Positions 1-11,894 of a DNA stretch of 64,000 bases are shown here, one piece after another. The notes under the pieces are model-generated. The model did no database searches. It had not been told where the DNA came from and saw only the letters and a list, made by a program, of their open reading frames with translations. Origin of the DNA: Carcharhinus amblyrhynchos (taxonomy: Eukaryota); NCBI GenBank assembly GCA_965287045.1, contig OZ336880.1, positions 41,044,001 to 41,108,000 on the forward strand, given 5' to 3'. The translations under genes and the position numbers were made by a program. How positions within the stretch are numbered: position 1 is the stretch's first letter; each line of letters starts with the position of its first letter.

Positions 1-198
1 CCAATTATATCATTGAAAAACGTGAAGCTGACCGACGAGGCTGGTCCCCTGTCTCATACACAGTCACAAGACAGAATGCTATTGTTCAGGATCTAATTCA
101 AGGAAATAGTTATTTCTTCAGAATTGCAGCTGAAAATATCATAGGCATGGGCCCCTGGGTGCAGACAGCACAAGAAATTGTGGTTAAAGAACCAATGT
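1..198 (+). CDS. TTN: Titin exon (~ex295, FN3 A23), 5'-truncated by window
   Basis: Frame from nt 3: NYIIEKREADRRGWS...YFFRIAAENIIGMG...KEPM; donor GTAAGT at 199. Confidence 0.93.
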
Positions 199-306
199 GT
201 AAGTAATGCTTCTAGTTGCATGTTTTTCTTCACATCTTTGCGTCTTAAAGAAATCAATTGTAACCACTGAATACATTAATTTTATTATATTCTTCCTAAC
301 TTGCAG

Positions 307-609
307 CTGTCCCTGAACGCCCTGAAGATCTTGAAGTGGCAGCAGTCACGAAGCAATCAGTTAGCTTGAAATGGAACCCTCCTAAATACGACGGAGGCTC
401 AGACATTACAATGTATGTTCTTGAGGGCCGTCTTATTGGCAAAGAGAAGTTCATCAAGCTTACTAAAGAGAAGTTGTTAAATCGGGTTTACAACCATAGT
501 GGATTAAAGGAAGGTGACACTTACGAGTACCGTGTCAGTGCAGTGAATGAAGTTGGACAGGGCAAACCATCATTCTGCACAAAACCAATCACCTGCAAGG
601 ATCAACTTG
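307..609 (+). CDS. TTN: Titin exon (~ex296, FN3 A24)
   Basis: CAG acceptor, VPERPEDLEV...CKDQL, donor GTAAGA; 303 nt. Confidence 0.95.
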
Positions 610-686
610 GTAAGACTTCTTTCAAAAATGTTTTAGGAAATATCGCTTTTCTTCTGGAAAGGCAATAATTGTATTATTATCTTTAG

Positions 687-968
687 AACCACCGACACTT
701 GACTTGGATTTCCGCGACAAATTTGTTGTGCGCGTTGGTGAATCTTTCAGCCTGACTGGAACATACAAAGGGAAACCTGCTCCAAAGGTTTCTTGGCTGA
801 AGGATGATGATGTAGTTGAAGAAACCAAACGCTTAAAGATAAACACTACACCGTCAAAACTGTGTCTGGGAATCCTGAAAGGTGTTCGTGATGACTCTGG
901 TAAATACTGTGTGGTTGTGGAGAACAGCACAGGGGTACGAAAGGGTCTCTGTCAAGTGACTGTTGTTG
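687..968 (+). CDS. TTN: Titin exon (~ex297, Ig A25)
   Basis: TAG acceptor, EPPTLDLDFRDK...DSGKY...QVTVV, donor GTAAGT; 282 nt. Confidence 0.95.
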
Positions 969-1049
969 GTAAGTTAGTTATTTTTCTTCTTTTTCCATTT
1001 AAAATCTTATAAGCAGGAAACAGAATTGAAACCAACTTTTTTTTTTCAG

Positions 1050-1349
1050 ATCGTCCACTACCTCCAGTTGGCCCAGTTGTGTTCCATGAAGTTCATAAAG
1101 ATCACATGGTTGTTTCCTGGAAACCGCCACTTGATGACGGAGGCAGTATGATCACTAATTATATTGTTGAGAAAAGAGATACAAACCGAGAACTTTGGAT
1201 GCCTGTTACTTCTTCAACTACTAAAACAACTTGCAAAGTTCCAAAATTAATTGAGGGCAGAGAGTATATTATCCGCATCTATGCTGAAAACATGTATGGA
1301 ATCAGTGATCCATTGCTTTCAGAAGAAATGAAAGCCAAAGATCGTTTTA
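1050..1349 (+). CDS. TTN: Titin exon (~ex298, FN3 A26)
   Basis: T-tract+CAG, DRPLPPVGP...AKDRF, donor GTAAGT; 300 nt. Confidence 0.95.
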
Positions 1350-1423
1350 GTAAGTACTGGACTTCTCATTAATATATTAAGTGAAACAAAAAAAACAAAC
1401 AAATGCTCAATAAAGCAAATTAA

Positions 1424-3053
1424 GGGCCTTATTTTCTCATTGCCTCGCGTCCGTTTTCAGGCGTGAAAATATGGTAAAGTCGGGTCTGAGGCCATCAATG
1501 CGATCTGCACCCGCGCCCACACAGATACCCACTTTACCGACACCCTGGAATGGCTGCGATCCGATTCACGCCCAAAACAGGCACAATGGCAATTTAAATG
1601 CATTTGCATGTATTTAAATTGAATTAATGCCCTCCCAACTTTACCAGCATTTCCCTCTTTACCACCACACTCGCCGATCCGGAATCACGCCGAAATGAAT
1701 ATACTGAATAAAAGTCTCAGTCGGGTGCTCCAGCTGCTGAAGAAGCGAGTTCAGAGCTTCCAGTGGTTCTCTGAGTCAGACCGGTGGTCGGGGGGAGGTC
1801 AAATCATATTCTGGGGGGGTGCGGGGTTGGGGGGGGTGGGAGAGTGAAGCCAGATTGATATCTGGTTGGGTGAGGGGGAGGGCCAGTCTTGTCTGGTGTG
1901 GTGGGGGGGGTGCAAGATTGTTGTCTGGTTGTAGGGGGAAGGAAGGCCAGATCATTGTCTGATTAAGGAGGGGTAGGGCTGATCGTTGTCTGGTGGCGGG
2001 GTGGGGTGGGGGGTGGGGGGGTGGGGACAGCTGGTCAATCGTTGTGTCTATTGGGGGTGTGGGGAGAGCCAATCTTGCCTGGTGGGGAGATAGAAGGCCC
2101 AATCATTGTCAGGTGGGGGGTCGATCATTGTTGGGTAGGGGCTCGGGGAGGGCCAATCATTGTCGGGTGGGGGGGGTGGCTGGGAAGGGCTGATGATTGT
2201 TGGGTGGCGGGTGTGGGGAGGACCGATCATTATCGGGTGGGGGGAGGACCGATCATTGTCAGGTAGGGGGTTGGGGAGGGACGATCATTGTCTGGTTTGG
2301 GGAGGGAAGGGGTGGGGGCAGGAGGAGGCGAGTCAGATGTATCTGGTGGGGAGGAGGGGGGTGGAGGGAGGCCTGATCATTGTCTGGGGTGGGGGGTGGG
2401 GGGGTCTGGTTGGAGGGAGGAGGAGGTGGGTCACTTGTTCCTCTGGGGGCGGGGGAGCAGAATGAAGCCAGGTCATTTCTCTGGGGGGGGAGGGAGGAGG
2501 AGGTGGGTCAGATGTTCCTTTTGAGGGGGAGGGGGGTGGGGGTGGCGGTGGGGGTAGTGAGGCCAGATCATTCTCGGGTGGGGGTAGAGTGAGGCCAGAC
2601 CATTCTTGGGGGGGGGGAAGGAGGGAGGCAGGTAAGATGTATCTCTTCTGGGGTGGGGAGGCCAGATGGATTTCTGATGGAGGGGGGGTCCGCTGCCACT
2701 CTGTGGGTGATTGGTGGGATCGTGATCAGTCTGGGGAGTGGAGGGGTTGGGTGGATAAGGGGGATAGTGATGCCATCACTGCCACTTTTCGCTCCCGAGC
2801 CGTTTTCTCCGCTTTCTGTGGCCTGGCAGCAATCTGACACGGGCGCTCTTCTTCAAATTTTTTTCTAACTGCGCATGTGCAGTTCAGAGCTCCAGTCATT
2901 TTGGCCGTGCTAAGCCCTGCCCACAGCGTGAATCAGACCCGCGATTTTTTTTTAGGCTGAGTGCATATGGGTGCGCCTGAAAACAGATCTCCAAGTCAGA
3001 TCTGCATTGCACCCAGATTCAACACTTAGAATGAAAATGGTAAAATTGGACTC
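1424..3053. mobile_element. Non-autonomous TIR DNA transposon, PIF/Harbinger-like, with internal G-rich minisatellite
   Basis: Left end GGGCCTTATTTTCTCAT vs reverse complement of right end GAGTCCAATTTTACCAT (11/17); TAA on both flanks (1421-1423, 3054-3056); CpG-rich compared with host intron. Confidence 0.65.
1785..2765 (+). repeat. Degenerate G-rich tandem array, ~30-40 bp unit with core GGCC(A)GATCATTGTCTGG separated by G-runs
   Basis: Core variants recur throughout (e.g. ~1945, ~2247, ~2279, ~2370) with many GGGG+ tracts. Confidence 0.85.
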
Positions 3054-3290
3054 TAACAGTCTTGTTTTCTCCTAACTGGGTCCAGCTAAAGGAAGGTAGA
3101 ATTCTGATCTCATATTCAATATTGTATTAAATACTTTGTGGTTTTGATATTAAAATCATTTTAGTTATAAGTGTTGCACACAACAAAGGTGTCTCTTTCC
3201 TATTTATCCACAAGTTTGTAAAACATTAGTAGTGAGGGAGAAATCTTTGTTTTTATTTTTCTCAAACCGTTTTCACTATTTTCTCTAAAG

Positions 3291-3593
3291 GGGTCCCTGA
3301 AGCGCCAGAACAACCAACTATAAAAGATGTGACTAAGGATTCTGTTGTGGTGGTTTGGAATAGACCACGTGACGGTGGAAAACCTATCACCAGATATATT
3401 GTGGAAAAGAAAGAAACCATGTCCAATCGCTGGGCAAGAGTATCCAAGGAACCAATTTATCCAGACACTCAGTTCAAAGTAACTGACCTGCTTGAAGGCT
3501 GTGAATATGAATTCCGCGTTTCAGCAGAAAATGAAATAGGAGTTGGTGATCCTAGTCCACCATCCAACCCCGTCTTTGCAAAAGATCCAATTG
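3291..3593 (+). CDS. TTN: Titin exon (~ex299, FN3 A27)
   Basis: AAG acceptor, VPEAPEQP...AKDPI, donor GTATGT; 303 nt. Confidence 0.94.
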
Positions 3594-3697
3594 GTATGTC
3601 AAAATATATGCACCCAATTTCTTTTTTTCTTTAAAATAACTCTTTGTAATGTATGTGTTCTGATTTACATTGACCATGTTTTTAACTTCTTGTTCAG

Positions 3698-4006
3698 TCA
3701 AACCAAGCCCACCCATTAACCCCGAAGCAGTGGACAAAACCAAATCTACTGTTGATTTATCTTGGCTACCACCACGCCATGATGGAAAAGGGAAAATATT
3801 AGGTTACTTAGTGGAGTATCAAAAAGTTGGTGATGAAGATTGGAAGAAAGCGAATCAAACGCCAGATTCCTGCCCTGACACTCATTTGCGGGTGGCGGGT
3901 CTGACTGAAGGTGATATGTACAAATTCCGGGTGATGGCAGTCAACCAGGCTGGTACGTCGGATCCAGCTTATGTCCGCGATCCAGTTGAAGCAAAAGACA
4001 GGCTTG
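3698..4006 (+). CDS. TTN: Titin exon (~ex300, FN3 A28)
   Basis: CAG acceptor, VKPSPPINP...AKDRL, donor GTGAGT; 309 nt. Confidence 0.95.
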
Positions 4007-4116
4007 GTGAGTGTGTTATAGGAATACAGTGTGGATCATCCCACAATGAAGAATTTTACTCTTAATTCTGTTTTGTGCAGTTGATTCTGTTCACTCAAAT
4101 TTTCTTTCTTTTACAG

Positions 4117-4398
4117 AGGCACCTGAATTGTTTGTGGATGCTAACATGACTCGAAATGTGAACCTAAAAGCAGGAGCTACTTTAACCCTCAGTGCAAACA
4201 TAAAGGGAATGCCATTCCCAAAGATCACATGGAAAAAGAATGACTTGGAAGTACCGATGAAAGCTGATATTGAAATTACTCCTGTTAGGAGCAAGCTTGA
4301 AATCCGTAATACTGTTAGAGCTGACAGTGGAAATTACACACTCACTGCAGAAAATGAAGCAGGAAGCAAGAGTGCTACATGTGTAGTTACAGTATTAG
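4117..4398 (+). CDS. TTN: Titin exon (~ex301, Ig A29)
   Basis: CAG acceptor, EAPELFVDA...DSGNY...VTVL, donor GTAATA; 282 nt. Confidence 0.95.
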
Positions 4399-4512
4399 GT
4401 AATATAGCAGAGCATAAAGATCCTAGGAACAATCTGTGTATTTAATTCAGTTTTCATCTATTTGTCTTTTTTCACGTAATTACAATATTAAGAATACATT
4501 AATTATTTTCAG

Positions 4513-4812
4513 ATAAGCCTGGTCCACCACGTAACCTGAATATCAGTGAAGTTAGAAGAGATTCATGCTACCTGACATGGAAAGAACCAGAAGACAATGG
4601 TGGTGCTGTTATCTCCAACTACGTAATTGAGAAAAGGGATGTTGCAGCTCCTCAGTGGGTCCCTGTCTCATCCACAACCAAAAAGCACAGTGTTATGGCT
4701 AGGTACTTAATGGAAGGCATTCAGTATTTGTTCCGAGTGGCTGCTGAAAATCAATACGGTAGAAGTAGCTTCATTGAATCAACGAAACCTATAAAGGCAA
4801 TTGATCCAATAT
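4513..4812 (+). CDS. TTN: Titin exon (~ex302, FN3 A30)
   Basis: CAG acceptor, DKPGPPRNL...AIDPI, donor GTAAGT; 300 nt. Confidence 0.95.
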
Positions 4813-4904
4813 GTAAGTTCTCATTTGTCAAAATTAACATTTCACTCACAGCTTCCGTCCCTGTTCACAACAGCTAAATTATCATGTTATCTTTTCTTTG
4901 GTAG

Positions 4905-5198
4905 CTCCACCTGGCCCACCGAAGAACTTACACCATGTTGATGTGGACAAGACAGAAGTGTCTCTTCTTTGGAATTACCCAGATCGTGATGGAGGTTCTG
5001 AAGTCACAGGATTTTTAGTTGAATACCAGGAGGATGGAGCGCAAGATTGGATTAAATTCAAGACTGTTAGCATACCAGAATGTGTCGTAACTGGTTTACA
5101 ACAAGGAAAGACATACAAGTTCCGTGTTAAAGCTCAAAATGCAGCTGGGCTTGGTCGGCCAGATACAACTGTACCTATCCTCTGCCAGGAGAAATTAG
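4905..5198 (+). CDS. TTN: Titin exon (~ex303, FN3 A31)
   Basis: TAG acceptor, PPGPPKNL...CQEKL, donor GTTAGT; 294 nt. Confidence 0.95.
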
Positions 5199-5309
5199 GT
5201 TAGTTAGTTACCTTGACTCAGATCATTTGCTTTGTGTTTTCCATTGCATTCAATCTGCAACTCATTTTTCATAATACTCATTGGTTTCCTATATGCTTTT
5301 GTTTTATAG

Positions 5310-8276
5310 TATCCCCATCAGTGGATATAGATGTGAAGCTGATTGAAGGTCTTGTTGTAAAGGCTGGAAGCACAGTCAGACTTCCTGCTTTGATGAGGGG
5401 TATTCCTCCTCCTTCAGCGAAGTGGGTCACTGACAGTACTGAGATTAAATCAGAAGGCAATTACAAAATCGATACTGACAACTATTCAACTGTACTCACT
5501 ATTAAGGATTGTACCAGAAAACATACTGGTGAATATATACTTACTGTTTCCAATCCAGTTGGCAGCAAGACAGTGGGTCTACATTTAACAGTCCTGGATG
5601 TTCCTGGTCCACCTGTTGGCCCAATCAATATCCTTGAAGTAACACCACAGCACATGATTATCTCTTGGCGCCCACCTAAGGATGATGGTGGAAGCCCCAT
5701 CACCAATTACATTGTTGAGAAACGAGAAACCAGAAAGGAAACCTGGGGTGTTGTTAGCTCTGGAAGCACAAGCACTCAAGTTAAAATTCCTCGTCTTCAG
5801 AAAGGATGTGAATACATTATGCGTGTTCGAGCAGAAAACAAAATTGGCATTGGTGAACCACTCGAGTCTAAACCCACTGTTGCCAAGTACATGTTTGATG
5901 TTCCAGGCCCACCCACAAAACCAACTGTTTATGATATCACAGAAAACGCTGTAACAGTTTCTTGGGGCATACCAAAGTATGATGGTGGCAGCCCAATTAT
6001 TGGTTACATTATGGAACGCAGAGAAACAACTGGTAAATGGATTCGAGTGAATAAGACGCCAGTATTAGATCTAAAAATGAGAACGGTTGGACTTTTTGAA
6101 GGAAATGTGTATGAATTCAGAATATTTGCTGAAAATATTGCTGGTCTAAGTAAACCATCACCAATCTCCGATCCTGTCTCAGCAAAGCGTCCTATTAGAC
6201 CACCGGGACCACCAATCAATCCTAAACTGAAAGACAAGACAAGAGAATCTGTTGACTTAGTCTGGACAAAGCCCAACAAGGATGGGGGTAGCCCAATTTT
6301 AGGATATGTTGTAGAGTGTCAGAAGGCAAGTACTACACAGTGGGATAGAATTAATAAGGATAACTTAATCGAACAATGTGCTTTTAGAGTACCTGGTCTT
6401 ATCGAAGGTAATGAATATCGATTCCGTATAAAGGCTGCCAATATTGTCGGTGAAGGTGAACCAAGAGAACTACCAGAATCTGTAATTACAAAGGACATCC
6501 TTCATCCTCCAGAGCTAGAACTTGATATTGTTTGTCGTGAGCTGGTCACAGTTCGTGTGGGACAAACAATTAACATAGCTGGCCGTGTTAAAGGCAGACC
6601 GGATCCAGAAATCACATGGTCAAAAGAAGGCAAAATGCTTTCTGATGACAAACGTGTAAAGATGAATAATGACTACCCTGTTATACAGCTCTTGATTAAA
6701 GAGGCAACCAGAGCTGACCATGGTAAATATATTGTTGTTGCGAAAAATAGTAGTGGACATGCCCAAGCTGCTGTTGTCGTCAATGTACTTGATAGACCAG
6801 GCCCTTGTAAGAACATCAAGGTCAGCTATGTCACTAAAGATTCCTGTATGCTTGCCTGGGAAAATCCAGATGATAATGGAGGCTCAGAAATTACTAACTA
6901 CATAGCAGAAAACCGTCAACCCAGCCAGAGAGGGTGGTCTGTGATCTCATCTGATTTAACTAAACGTGTGGTCAAAGTTCCACTTACAACAAATCATGAA
7001 TATTTCTTCCGCGTGTGTGCAGAAAACAAAGTAGGACTAGGTCCAACCATTGAAACCAAAACACCAATTTTAGCCATAGATCCCATTGAAAGACCTGGAG
7101 AACCTGAAAACTTCCACGTTGCTGACATAGGAAAGACATTTGTCCTGCTTAATTGGAGGCGACCCGACTATGATGGTGGTAGTCCTAATCTATTTTATCA
7201 TGTTGAAAGAAAGTTAAAGGATTCAGCTGAATGGGAAAGATTACACAAAGGAAGTATTAAAGACACTAGTTTCATGGCTGACCGATGTATTGAGAACCAG
7301 ACCTATCAGTTTAGAGTTCAAACAAAGAATGAAGGTGGTGAAAGCAACTGGGTGAAGACAGATTATATTGTTGTTAAGCCAGAAATACAGAAACCAGTCT
7401 TGGATCTAAAGCTGACTGGAGTGTTAACTGTAAGAGCAGGTGACACCATCAGAATCGAAGCATCTCTCAGAGGCAAGCCTCAACCAGAAGTTGTTTGGGT
7501 AAAGGACAAAGATGCAGTTGATCTTAGCAGATCACCTCGAGCTAAGATTGAAACAACTGCTGACGCAGCCAAACTCATTATAACTAAATCTAAACGCGAA
7601 AACAGCGGCAAATATGTAATCACTGCAACTAATTCAGCAGGTAGCTTCACAGCATATGCTACCGTGAATGTTTTGGATGTACCAAGTGAAGTCAGAAACT
7701 TGAAGGTCTCTGGCATTGCAAGTGATAGGTGTAGAGTCAGCTGGGACCCACCAGCAGATGATGGTGGCTGTGAAATTCAAAACTATGTTCTAGAGAAGTG
7801 TGAAAGCAAGAGAATGGTCTGGTCCACATTCTCCTCTTCTATAATTGCCGAATATACAAATGTTACTCATCTTATTGAAGGAAACGAATATATCTTCAGG
7901 GTACGTGCAGAAAACAAAATAGGCACAGGTCCACCAACAGAAACAACGCCAATGGTAGCTAAGACACAGTTTAATAGACCTGGTCCTCCAGATGCACCTG
8001 AGGTCACTAAAGTTAACAAGGAAGAAATGACTGTTGTTTGGAATGCACCAGAGGATGATGGTGGAAAATCAATCACAGGATATATACTGGAGAAGAAAGA
8101 GAAACGAGCTATTAGATGGATTCCAGTCACCAAGAGTTCAATTCCAGAGAGACGCATGAAGGTTACAAATCTGATTCCTGATCGTGAATACCAGTTCCGT
8201 GTCAAAGCTGAAAATGAAGTTGGATTAGGAGACCCAAGCCCACCATCAAAGCCGGCAGTAGCAAAGGATCCAATGG
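5310..8276 (+). CDS. TTN: Titin large exon (~ex304, 10 domains A32-A41)
   Basis: TAG acceptor, VSPSVDIDVK...AKDPM, donor GTATTT; 2967 nt open frame, Ig-FN-FN-FN-Ig-FN-FN-Ig-FN-FN. Confidence 0.96.
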
Positions 8277-8381
8277 GTATTTATATTATAACATTTTTAA
8301 AAATTCTCAAAGTACAAATATTTTAATTCCTCGTCACTCTATAAATTTCTCCTGACTCATTTCCTATCTTTCTGTGCACAG

Positions 8382-8702
8382 AACCTCCTGGCCCTCCAAC
8401 TGGTCTAAAGGTGGTTGATAGTACAAAGACCTCAATTTCCCTTGGCTGGACAAAGCCAGTGTATGATGGTGGTTCTCCCATCATTGGTTATGTTGTTGAA
8501 ATGAGACCAAAGGGTGTCAGCAAATTACCCGAAGAAGGATGGAAGAGATGTAATGTTCCAGCTCAGCTTGTTCTTACTCAATTTACCATGACAGGCCTTA
8601 ATGAGAAAGAAGAATATGAATTTAGAGTTTCTGCACAAAACCAGGTTGGAATTGGTCGCCCTGCTGAACTGAAGGAAGCAGTATCACCAAAGGAGATATT
8701 GG
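8382..8702 (+). CDS. TTN: Titin exon (~ex305, FN3 A42; end of D-zone)
   Basis: CAG acceptor, EPPGPPTGL...PKEIL, donor GTAGGC; 321 nt. Confidence 0.95.
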
Positions 8703-8819
8703 GTAGGCACTGCATTTTGCCCTTTACCCCCTTTGTGATATAAATAAAACTTTTTTTAATATAGTAATATTTTTTGATGGCAAAATGATTTCTCACACCA
8801 AACTGATTTCTTTTTTCAG

Positions 8820-9104
8820 AACCACCAGAGATTGATTTAGATGCAAGCCTGAGAAAGGTTGTCACTGTCAGAGCAGGATGTCCAATCAGATTGTTTGCCA
8901 CTATCAGAGGCCGACCTGCACCTAAAGTTACCTGGAGGAGAATGGGAATAGATAACGTCGTCAGAAAGGGTCAAGTGGACTTAATTGACACAATGGCTTT
9001 CCTTGTCATTCCTGACAGTACTCGTGACGATTCTGGCAAATATTCACTGACACTTGTAAACGCAGCAGGCGAAAAGGCAGTGTTTGTGAATGTTAAAGTT
9101 CTTG
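8820..9104 (+). CDS. TTN: Titin exon (~ex306, Ig A43; start of C-zone repeat C1)
   Basis: CAG acceptor, EPPEIDLDASLRK...NVKVL, donor GTGAGT; 285 nt. Confidence 0.95.
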
Positions 9105-9152
9105 GTGAGTAATATGCATTCTGTTTTTGTTTTGGATGCTTTCTGATGTAAC

Positions 9153-10444
9153 TTGATCATAGGGAAGGAATTTCTGAAGTTTGTTCAGGAGAGCTCCCTT
9201 AATCAGTACGTTTTCTGCCCAATGAGGATGGAATCATTACTGGATTTGGTCCTGGGGAAAGTAGTGGGTCAAGTGAAAAATACTACAGTGAGGGAAAGCA
9301 TCTCAGGAATAATGAGCATAGATATAGTGAGCTTAGATATTGTGGAGAAGGACAAGTAGCGACATAGAATAAAAATACTCAAATAAGGACGAGTTCATTT
9401 TGGTGAATTGAGCAAGGACTTGGCTCAGGTAAATAGGAATCAAAACTGGCAGACTAAAATGCAATGGTGAAATGGGTGATCTTAAAAGAGATGGTTCAGG
9501 TAACCTATATGTATTCCCAAAAGGAACAAGGAGCGGGCAACCAATGCTAAATCTGTTTGGATCTGTTAGCTAATGCTTAAAAAAGCATTAATAGGATGAA
9601 TCAGTAAGGGACTTTTGGCAGATGTCAGTTTGATAATAAAAGAGAGAATATAAAAAGTACAGAGAAGTGAGAAAAGAAAATAAGAAGGATGAAGAAAGAT
9701 TATGAGAACAGATTGACAGCTGACATAAATGAGAATCCAAACATTGTCAAAGGCATATCAACAATGGAAGGTTTGTTAGAGGAACAAAATGGGGAGCTGT
9801 TGGTTGAGGCAGATGGCTTGACTGAGGTACAAAGGAGATTGTTGTGACTGGGGAGAAATCAGAATAGCTAAAGAGGAGGAACTTGAAAGATTGACATAAA
9901 GTGAATAGTTCACATGGTCTAGATGGGAATGCTGAGCAAACAAAGGGGTAGAAATTGTGGAGGGGCTGGCCAGAATATGTCAGTCCTCCTTGGACACAGG
10001 AGTGATGTCAGAAGAAATGAGACCCGTTTAAGAAAGTACAAAATAACTTTGACGATTACAGACTAGTCAGTTTAATGTAGGTGATTTAATGTAGGTAATG
10101 CAGACAGAAATGAGGAGAATCTTTTATCTCAGAAGGTTATAAATCCCTGGAACTCTCTTTCTCAAAAGGCATTGGCAACAGAGGGTGAAATTTTCCCAAG
10201 GCTGGGAATTCCTGCCCAAGGTGAATGGATCTTTGCATGGTCCACTCCTGCCTGCTACAATTCCCATGGTGGGTGGGACAGGAAAACTCCACCCATAGTC
10301 TTTGAATACTTTTTAAGGTAGAGTAATATAGAGTTTTGGTTAACTGGGAGCTGGGCAGGAATATAGGGTTGAATCATCTTATTGAATGGCAGAGCAGGTT
10401 TGAAGGATAAATGGCCTACTCCTGCTCCTAATTCATGTGTTTGC
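9153..10444 (+). mobile_element. Degenerate, internally deleted CR1-clade LINE
   Basis: GKEFLKFVQESSLNQYV..P.R.ESLLDLVLG resembles the C-terminal part of the CR1 ORF2 endonuclease; 3' end AATGGCCTACTCCTGCTCCTAATTC typical of CR1 tails; many stops. Confidence 0.8.
10183..10294. mobile_element. 112-bp MITE inserted in CR1 3' region
   Basis: TIRs GGGTGAAATTTTCC / reverse complement GGGTGGAGTTTTCC; flanks AGA/ATA; removal restores a CR1-like CAGAGTCTTTGAATA. Confidence 0.75.
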
Positions 10445-10541
10445 TCTTCAAAAGAATTGGCATAGACTCGATGACTGCTTCTGTGCTTCATTTTTCTAAA
10501 ATGAAGTCTTGATTTTTATGAAATTTGTTTTTTGTTTTTAG

Positions 10542-10841
10542 ATACACCTGGACCTGTCTCAGACCTTAAAACTTCAGATGCTACAAAAACTACATGTCAT
10601 TTGTCCTGGTCACCACCTGAAAATGATGGCGGTAGCCAAGTGACCCACTATATAGTGGAGAAACGGGAAGCGGACAGAAAGACCTGGGGCGTAGTGATAC
10701 AAGATTTGAAGAAAACTAGTTTCACAGTGACTGGCCTGGTACCTGGATGTGAATACTATTTCAGAGTAACTGCTGTCAATCAATATGGACCCGGAGTTCC
10801 AAAAGACACTGCCAAACCTATTTTGGCAAGAGATCCAATCA
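10542..10841 (+). CDS. TTN: Titin exon (~ex307, FN3 A44)
   Basis: TAG acceptor, DTPGPVSDL...ARDPI, donor GTGAGT; 300 nt. Confidence 0.95.
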
Positions 10842-10947
10842 GTGAGTAATGTTGAATTGGCCAAAATGCCTTTAGTGATCCTTAGCCTTTCTGAGTAGTA
10901 TTGATATCAATTAGTCTCAAACTAACAGTTTACAATTTGATTTTTAG

Positions 10948-11250
10948 GTGAACCAGATCCACCCAAGAAATTGGATGTCATTGATATAACAAAGAACAGT
11001 GCTTCACTGTCATGGTTGCCACCTATTAGAGATGGAGGAGCTAAAGTTGATGGTTACATTGTTGCCTATCAAGAAGAAGGCCAAGCTGAGAAGCAATGGA
11101 CACAATACTCTGTAATCAAGGAACTGTCCATTCTTGTAACAGGCCTTAAGGAAGGAATTAAATACAGATTCAGAGTTGCAGCTAGAAATATTGTAGGAGC
11201 CAGCTTGCCCAGAGAAACTGAAGGATTATTTGAAATTAAAGAACAACTGA
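10948..11250 (+). CDS. TTN: Titin exon (~ex308, FN3 A45)
   Basis: TAG acceptor, SEPDPPKKL...IKEQL, donor GTAAGT; 303 nt. Confidence 0.95.
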
Positions 11251-11669
11251 GTAAGTAAACAGTTAATTATTTCAATCCAAAATAAAAATAGACTTTTAAG
11301 AAAAATTGTGATTGAAGACTTTGAGATTAAGCTATTAAAGCTATCAGGAAACTTGAACAACTTGTGCCTTATTAATGTTCTGCCACCAAGCTGCAGCTCA
11401 CTGCCTTCCTTCCATTGTAGCACTCAGATCCTTAGCATGTATGACTAGTCACTGGGGGTGGTGGAGGATGCAGATACTGGGGAGGGTAAGAAATCGCTGC
11501 CAACAATCCAAAGAAACTCCTGTCTTTTCTGGCACACTTTTTGGAGTGGTCTCCTTTTAAAGTTTTACAATTAGGCTTCTCGATATTTATAGAAATGGGA
11601 CTGGCAGATGCTGTCCATTCTTCTTTCTTTCCCCTTTGAAAGATGTAAATTGACACTGAGCTTCCATTT

Positions 11670-11802
11670 NNNNNNNNNNNNNNNNNNNNNNNNNNNNNNN
11701 NNNNNNNNNNNNNNNNNNNNNNNNNNNNNNNNNNNNNNNNNNNNNNNNNNNNNNNNNNNNNNNNNNNNNNNNNNNNNNNNNNNNNNNNNNNNNNNNNNNN
11801 NN
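11670..11802. other. Assembly gap (133 N) within an intron
   Basis: Run of N; domain pattern on either side is complete, so no exon appears to be missing. Confidence 0.99.
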
Positions 11803-11894
11803 TCATCATTTTCAGCCATGAAGTCGAAGACTTGTTGTTTTAACCACTGTAACTTCAAGGTAGCTTCAAATTTTTTTTAAAAATTGTATTTAAA

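Noticed and set aside
1785-2765. Repeat-spacer look resembling a CRISPR array
   Set aside because: Repeats are degenerate, the spacers are low-complexity G-runs, there are no cas genes, and the context is a vertebrate intron.
1776-2868. Gly/Trp-rich and Pro-rich ORFs on both strands, suggestive of a PEVK-like or novel protein
   Set aside because: They are translations of the G-rich minisatellite, which lacks stops because of its composition.
5213-5309. Hydrophobic N-terminal extensions on ORF-track proteins (e.g. MTQIICFVFSIAF...) resembling signal peptides
   Set aside because: They are T-rich intron sequence upstream of the AG acceptors; titin homology starts exactly at the acceptor.
10071-10098. 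14-bp tandem duplication TTTAATGTAGGT(G/A)A
   Set aside because: It lies at an internal deletion junction of the decayed CR1 and is most simply a repair or slippage scar.
11432-11880. ORFs spanning the N run, or a possible hidden exon in the gap
   Set aside because: The ORFs are artefacts of Ns, and the 11-domain C1 pattern is complete without another exon.
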